Assembly: GCA_048938105.1 (NCBI GenBank) | Contig: JBHLMN010000003.1 | Coordinates: forward strand, 256,001 to 320,000 | Reading direction: 5' to 3' | Source: Promethearchaeota archaeon | GTDB taxonomy: Archaea; Asgardarchaeota; Heimdallarchaeia; Hodarchaeales; Hodarchaeaceae | DNA: 64,000 nucleotides | In this document: piece by piece, positions 59,126 through 64,000 of the stretch | Layout: each line of letters opens with the position of its first letter | How positions within the stretch are numbered: position 1 is the first letter of the stretch | Notes under the pieces: generated by a model | What the model was told of the DNA's origin: nothing | The model's database searches: none | The model's input: the letters and a program-made list of their open reading frames with translations, nothing else | Position numbers and translations under genes: made by a program

Positions 59126-60031
59126 TTATAAAGAATTAAGGAGTTTTACTTTGTCTATAGTAGCAACACCAATGCATTTGTCAGCAGCACCATAATACAC
59201 AAAATACTGCTTATTTTTTTCAACAACACCACAAGTAAAAGTGACGTTTGGAACATCGCCTACTCTTTCGTATTCTTCTTCTGGAGTAAGGATTGGATCA
59301 TCAAGGATACCAACAATTTTGCTTGGATTTTCTAGATCTAATATCATCACACCAAGGTTGTAATGAAGATCTTTGTCTACTCCATGATAAAACTCTACCC
59401 ATCCCTGATCTGTCTTTATAGGCGGTGCACCAGCTCCCACTTTGAAGTCTTGCCACGTATTGTCTATTGGACTGAATAACTTTTCATGGTCAGTCCACTT
59501 TTTCATATCTTCTGAATAAGCGATCCACATATGCGGTTCAGGAGCTCTGTGGATCAGAACATATCTATTGTTGATTTTTTCTGGAAATAGAACCCCATCT
59601 TTATCACGATATTCATTAATAATTGTTCCATGCCGTATAAAAGTCTTAAAATCAGAGGTGGACGCAATGCCTATATGAAAATCCACGTCTCCTTTAGGGA
59701 CAGGAGTTCTGACCGCTGTATAAGCAATATAGTATTTTCCTTCCAGAAAGGTGATTCGAGGATCTTCCACTCCATATCTTTCAAAATCTTCTTCAGGTAT
59801 CATTACTGGTTCATCGTAAGTTTCAAAGTTGAAGCCATCCTTACTTCGTGCTAAACCCAGAGTAGAAATATATGTGTCATAGTCTCCAATCGCACGATAT
59901 AGTAAGAGTATCTCATCTCCAAAGGTTGTTGCAGCACAATTGAATACTCCTCCTTTCTCCCAATTATGATTCGGATTAGGTTTGATAATAGGATTTTTCT
60001 CAAAACGTTTTAACTGAATCATGAAAAACAC
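59126..60031 (-). CDS. GH130 beta-mannoside phosphorylase (second copy)
   Basis: NPII, VFNCAA, LYRA, GVEDPRIT, DKDGVLFPEKIN, IHR, KVGAGAPP, YHGV, GDVPNVTFTCG, YYGAAD. Confidence 0.9.
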   Translation of the reverse strand: MFFMIQLKRFEKNPIIKPNPNHNWEKGGVFNCAATTFGDEILLLYRAIGDYDTYISTLGLARSKDGFNFETYDEPVMIPEEDFERYGVEDPRITFLEGKYYIAYTAVRTPVPKGDVDFHIGIASTSDFKTFIRHGTIINEYRDKDGVLFPEKINNRYVLIHRAPEPHMWIAYSEDMKKWTDHEKLFSPIDNTWQDFKVGAGAPPIKTDQGWVEFYHGVDKDLHYNLGVMILDLENPSKIVGILDDPILTPEEEYERVGDVPNVTFTCGVVEKNKQYFVYYGAADKCIGVATIDKVKLLNSL

Positions 60032-60122
60032 TTCTTTTAGTGAAAAATGGATCTATTTTCTTCTTTGCTTATTGAGTTCTTATATTTTTAGTGGAATATA
60101 ATTATTATAATATTCCAGATTT

Positions 60123-61994
60123 TTATTTCCTTTTAGAAGTAATTGCATACACTATAACTAGTGCTAATACGAGCGTTGAAATCCCGATGTAACCCAAAAT
60201 TAACATATTTTCTTCAAAAAAGCTAAGATCGGTGCTTTCCGATGTAGCAATTTCGATTGTTGGTAATGTCCAAGTAGCAGGGATATCAACTAAAGATAAA
60301 TACGCTGATCCTTGTGCAGGTAAGTCTATACTAAAAGTTTCTTCAGGATTATACCTACCAATTAGAGTTCCATTTGAATACAGATCAAATTGTTCTGGAA
60401 GATGTTTTAAGGCGAAAGACAAGGATCTTTGTTCATTATATGGATTAAAAATTATAAAAACCCGCTCCTCGGGAGGAGGAGGGTAATTTTGATCAAAAAT
60501 GTTTAAATTGATTATCAAGGAATTAGCATCTTCTGCTTCTGCTAGGGCTTCAAACATTAAATAATTCCAAAGCGTCTCACCTGCTCCATAGATTTCCTTA
60601 CCATTATAACCTGCTTTCATTGGATCAGGGTCGTACGATCCTCTGGAAGCGTGATAATCTATATCTTCATATGGGATATATTGGAGAGTTACGGGTCCAT
60701 AATCACGTTCGTAGGCATCAGGGATATTTGGACTGAAGAAATAAAAATTCTTTATTCGATTAAGATTAAGAATTTTAAGTGGCTCTATAACCTTAAACTT
60801 GGGTTTAAAATAAAGGTTCCTTAGGAAATCCATCCAGAACATAATTGCTTCAATATTTTCTTTATATGCTGGAGCATTAATCCCTCCTTTACCTATTTCT
60901 TTTGGATTGGCATATGGTGAGTGCATTCCATCTCGCCAATCTTCTGGTAACCATAAACTGGGTTCAGGATTAAATCCAAATTGCCAATTGATAGTTCCGT
61001 TATTGTAGTAAAGGACTTGTTCTTCAGCATAAAACAGATCTATAGCAAGTTGAGGATAATCGATAGCTGGAGTAATTTCATCATAATATTGAGTCATTCT
61101 AGCTGCAGCTGCTACACCAGCAGCGACTTCTTGCGGTTCATACATTACATTATATGGAGGTTCAACTGCCCTCATTGCAATTAATGCCTTTTGAGCTTCT
61201 GAAAGATATGTCTTATTTCCTGTTAATTCAAAAGCATCTATTAAGCTATATGCCATTAATCCAGCTGTACAATAATTAATATTGAGATTTGTTGTTGTTT
61301 GTTCTTTTGTTTCAACATCTACAAATTGGGGAAAAAGATAATCGAAATTATCCGCCATTTCAAGAGCGCTTGAGAGGGAACCAAAATATGGCTCGTTAAG
61401 TTCTGTAGCATTACTGATAAGATATAAGTGACCCCATTTTAATACTGAATTCTCCATGAAATACCAAGAGTCGTGTTTTGTCTCATGTGGCCGATTGGTT
61501 GATTGTTTATAGGTTTCTGAATAATATTTTGGCAGATCAGTAATAAATTCGTCAAGTTCTGTCTGTCTAGTTGTGTTTGGATGCAATTGCAGGTATCTAT
61601 AAAGAGGCCAAATGACATCCATTGTCGACATTAACTCCACGGTCTCTCGTGTCCAATCTTCTCCCCCCCAACCGTCTGCTCCTTTCACATAAGGTCTAAA
61701 GCCTTTTATGCCTGTTGATGGCTCATAAAACCAACTTTGATCGAATGTTAAGAGATCTTTAACACATTTTTCCGCATAATCGGTCCAATTTGTCGCATCA
61801 ATGGGAAAGTTAGCATAAGTAGGTAAAGCTGCAATTGCAGCGGTACTCGTATCGATCATATCGTCCCAGTACAAATCCCCCTCTAAGCTTCTAGGCACCT
61901 GTTTCTGCTTAGTAATAGTAAGTGAATTTGGGAAAGAAAAGATGACTAATGATATTAATAACACTGTTATATTGTTATACCTTCGTTTTTGCAT
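60123..61994 (-). CDS. Secreted, C-terminally anchored paralog of 40457-42853 (putative (alpha/alpha)-barrel carbohydrate-active enzyme)
   Basis: Signal peptide. HDSWY, YEPQE, PAYKEN, YIPYED, GKEIYGAGE, DAFELTGNKTYL. TM + KRK. Confidence 0.62.
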   Translation of the reverse strand: MQKRRYNNITVLLISLVIFSFPNSLTITKQKQVPRSLEGDLYWDDMIDTSTAAIAALPTYANFPIDATNWTDYAEKCVKDLLTFDQSWFYEPSTGIKGFRPYVKGADGWGGEDWTRETVELMSTMDVIWPLYRYLQLHPNTTRQTELDEFITDLPKYYSETYKQSTNRPHETKHDSWYFMENSVLKWGHLYLISNATELNEPYFGSLSSALEMADNFDYLFPQFVDVETKEQTTTNLNINYCTAGLMAYSLIDAFELTGNKTYLSEAQKALIAMRAVEPPYNVMYEPQEVAAGVAAAARMTQYYDEITPAIDYPQLAIDLFYAEEQVLYYNNGTINWQFGFNPEPSLWLPEDWRDGMHSPYANPKEIGKGGINAPAYKENIEAIMFWMDFLRNLYFKPKFKVIEPLKILNLNRIKNFYFFSPNIPDAYERDYGPVTLQYIPYEDIDYHASRGSYDPDPMKAGYNGKEIYGAGETLWNYLMFEALAEAEDANSLIINLNIFDQNYPPPPEERVFIIFNPYNEQRSLSFALKHLPEQFDLYSNGTLIGRYNPEETFSIDLPAQGSAYLSLVDIPATWTLPTIEIATSESTDLSFFEENMLILGYIGISTLVLALVIVYAITSKRK

Positions 61995-62098
61995 TTATAA
62001 TGAATCTCCAAGCCAAAATCTAAATTAGAAAGAACTGATCTGACATTATCAATCTTCCTTTGAGATAATTAACAATAAAAAGAATTGTATTTGTTTTT

Positions 62099-63991
62099 TC
62101 ATTCTATTCTCTGTAAAAGTTTTTTCAATCTATCAATCGAATCTGATAATCCTCCTGACCGATTTCTACTTAGCCATATCTTTTTATGCTGCATGATTAA
62201 TTGATGTAACTTCTTATGTAGTTTATTTCTCTTCTCTTCAGGTATTTTTCTCAAAGGTTCTTTAATTCCGATTTCTAATCGGGCAATACCAAGGTCGCAA
62301 GAGAATTTTAAGATGTCCGCAGCCCATTGAAATTCTTGTTTTACTAATTCTGCATCCTCTCTTTCCATATTAACGAAATCTAATGACTTAATTGTCTTAT
62401 CAATAAATATGTGTGCTTTCTGTAGTTCCTCAATACTTATATTTTCGAGAACCAACTCAGAAAATTCATTATTAGAAAAAATGAGAATTAAAAATAGGGA
62501 AGAATTATTAGGAGGATTGAATCCAATTTTCGTATATGCACTTCCTAAATCACATGCGATTTTTCCAATAATCCCTTCTTTGTCCTGAAATACATGTATG
62601 TTAAGTAATTCAGGAATAATCACCTTTTCTTTTAGTATTTCAGCGCTTTTCACGTTCCATGCGATTCCTGCACCAATTAAAAAACCCAAATAACAGAAAG
62701 GTAATGGTTGGAGATGTCCATGATCACCCCAATCAGTGATAAGGTAACCCATTGCATTATTCTTCAATCCGTTGATCCCAGCATTACTTAAATTAGCTAA
62801 TGCATTGTCAAATCGGCCAGTAATGCTATTCCAACTACTAGTTCCAGGACAAACATAATAAGATAATCCAAGATTATTCATTACTTGTGTTTGCATGTTA
62901 AAAGGATGATCTGCTTTGTAACCCCATATTAAAGGTATTACATCTTTAGGTAAATATTGAATTAGCTCAGGATGTTCGAAGATAATATCAGCCCAAAATT
63001 GCATTTTTTTCCCTTGTTTCTTTACTAAATCATAAATTTTCAAAAGAAACTCTAGATATACAACGCCTTTTCCTTTTTCTTTGCAAATTTCTGCAGAGCG
63101 ACATTCTCCTAGATCAAAAGTCTCATCAAGACCCACATTAAAGTAATCACTTGTAAAGTGGGGTAAAAGTTGATTATAAAGATCGTGAAGAAAATCGATT
63201 ACTTGTGGATCAATAGGATTCAAGGAAAAAGGTTCCTTTTTGGGACTGAAGGGATGTTCAACACCTTCAGGACATTCTGCAAGATCACGGTAGGGATCAT
63301 GGATCAACCACCGATGAAGATGACCAAAACTATTCTGGTTAGGAATTAATTCGATATAATGTTCTCTACAAAACTCATCCAAGATTAAAATTTCCTCACC
63401 AGTAAAAGGGCTAGCATCTTTCCAAACGATTTCATGACCAGAATATGCAAAGGTGTGCTCCATATAAAGCTGTAATTGATTCATCTTGAATTTTGCTAAC
63501 ATGTCAATTAGACCAAATAGGGTTTCCATTGTTGGAACTTTATCCCTACTTACATCCAACATTACTCCTCGAGACGGAAAATCAGGCCAATCTCCAATTT
63601 CTAAGCAAGGTATTTCTTTGTGATTTGAGAGTTCTAGAATTTGTAAAAAAGTAAGAATCCCGTAAAAAAGGCCTTGTTTATCATATCCAGTCAAATTAAT
63701 TGATTTTTCATTTATTATTAATTCATAGCTTTCAGGGTGCTTGAGTACTGATTTATTAACGATGAGACTAATAAAAATCGTGTTTGTTTTGGGTAAATTT
63801 GTCTTTGATGCAGTAATCGTTGAGTTTATACCTTTTTTATCTAATTCTTTTTGTAAATTTTGAGCGTGAGAAAAGATTATTTTTGATTGATTATTTATTA
63901 CTATCCAAATATCTTTAGGTAGAGCTAGATATTCCTTTTTTATTGTTAATTGCTTTGGTGATGGAAAAAGGTATTCTAATTTATTCATCAT
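62099..63991 (-). CDS. GH20 beta-N-acetylhexosaminidase (cytoplasmic)
   Basis: GH20b N-domain (ESYEL...GLFYG), RGVMLDVSRDK, QLYMEHTF, NSFGH, catalytic pair VGLDET, WAD, WGY, TDWGD. Confidence 0.9.
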   Translation of the reverse strand: MMNKLEYLFPSPKQLTIKKEYLALPKDIWIVINNQSKIIFSHAQNLQKELDKKGINSTITASKTNLPKTNTIFISLIVNKSVLKHPESYELIINEKSINLTGYDKQGLFYGILTFLQILELSNHKEIPCLEIGDWPDFPSRGVMLDVSRDKVPTMETLFGLIDMLAKFKMNQLQLYMEHTFAYSGHEIVWKDASPFTGEEILILDEFCREHYIELIPNQNSFGHLHRWLIHDPYRDLAECPEGVEHPFSPKKEPFSLNPIDPQVIDFLHDLYNQLLPHFTSDYFNVGLDETFDLGECRSAEICKEKGKGVVYLEFLLKIYDLVKKQGKKMQFWADIIFEHPELIQYLPKDVIPLIWGYKADHPFNMQTQVMNNLGLSYYVCPGTSSWNSITGRFDNALANLSNAGINGLKNNAMGYLITDWGDHGHLQPLPFCYLGFLIGAGIAWNVKSAEILKEKVIIPELLNIHVFQDKEGIIGKIACDLGSAYTKIGFNPPNNSSLFLILIFSNNEFSELVLENISIEELQKAHIFIDKTIKSLDFVNMEREDAELVKQEFQWAADILKFSCDLGIARLEIGIKEPLRKIPEEKRNKLHKKLHQLIMQHKKIWLSRNRSGGLSDSIDRLKKLLQRIE

Positions 63992-64000
63992 GGTATTTAT

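Noticed and set aside
85-61184. Numerous short ORF-track entries antisense to or nested in long genes (e.g. 85-483, 2697-3107, 14757-15062, 28612-29058, 37178-37636, 40218-40409, 56890-57144)
   Set aside because: They overlap well-supported genes and have no motifs; they are shadow ORFs. 40218-40409 is the antisense of the real 40270-40449 gene.
1-64000. tRNA/rRNA genes, IS elements, integrases, prophage or defence genes
   Set aside because: No GC-rich structured RNA-like segments, transposase/integrase motifs or terminal repeats were seen by eye. A tRNAscan/Infernal run would be needed to exclude small RNAs.

Overview
AT-rich, gene-dense archaeal window, inferred to be Asgard (Heimdallarchaeia/Hodarchaeales-like). 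The inference rests on a longin-like + small-GTPase fusion, an alpha-helical protein ending in a RING-like finger, GGTG/GAGG SD motifs, oligo-T terminators and xGF-TM-basic C-terminal anchors. I saw no rRNA, tRNA, CRISPR array or mobile element. 1-14.4 kb: a carbohydrate ABC importer with two greatly enlarged permeases, a GT4, a GH13_18 phosphorylase, a GT2-like enzyme and a HAD. 14.4-28.7 kb: a CPBP intramembrane protease, a large surface protein, a membrane-anchored wHTH, a sensor-less His kinase, the longin-GTPase, an acyl-CoA dehydrogenase, PepF and the solenoid-RING protein. 28.8-64 kb is the main find, a ~35-kb glycan-utilisation-like locus (GH4, two GH130, GH20, and several unclassified secreted or cytoplasmic enzymes). 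It is built around a membrane machine I cannot match to a characterised system: two paralogous PA + M28-like/FtsX fusions with a remodelled active site, a small FtsX permease, two LolD/MacB-type ATPases, two divergent OPT-like proteins, an orphan PqqD/RRE protein and a 4-Cys protein. Corrections to the ORF track: a T11 frameshift in the signal peptide of the second M28-FtsX gene, a probable CTG start for the 4-Cys protein, and two missed small genes. All family calls come from motif recognition by eye; no searches were run.
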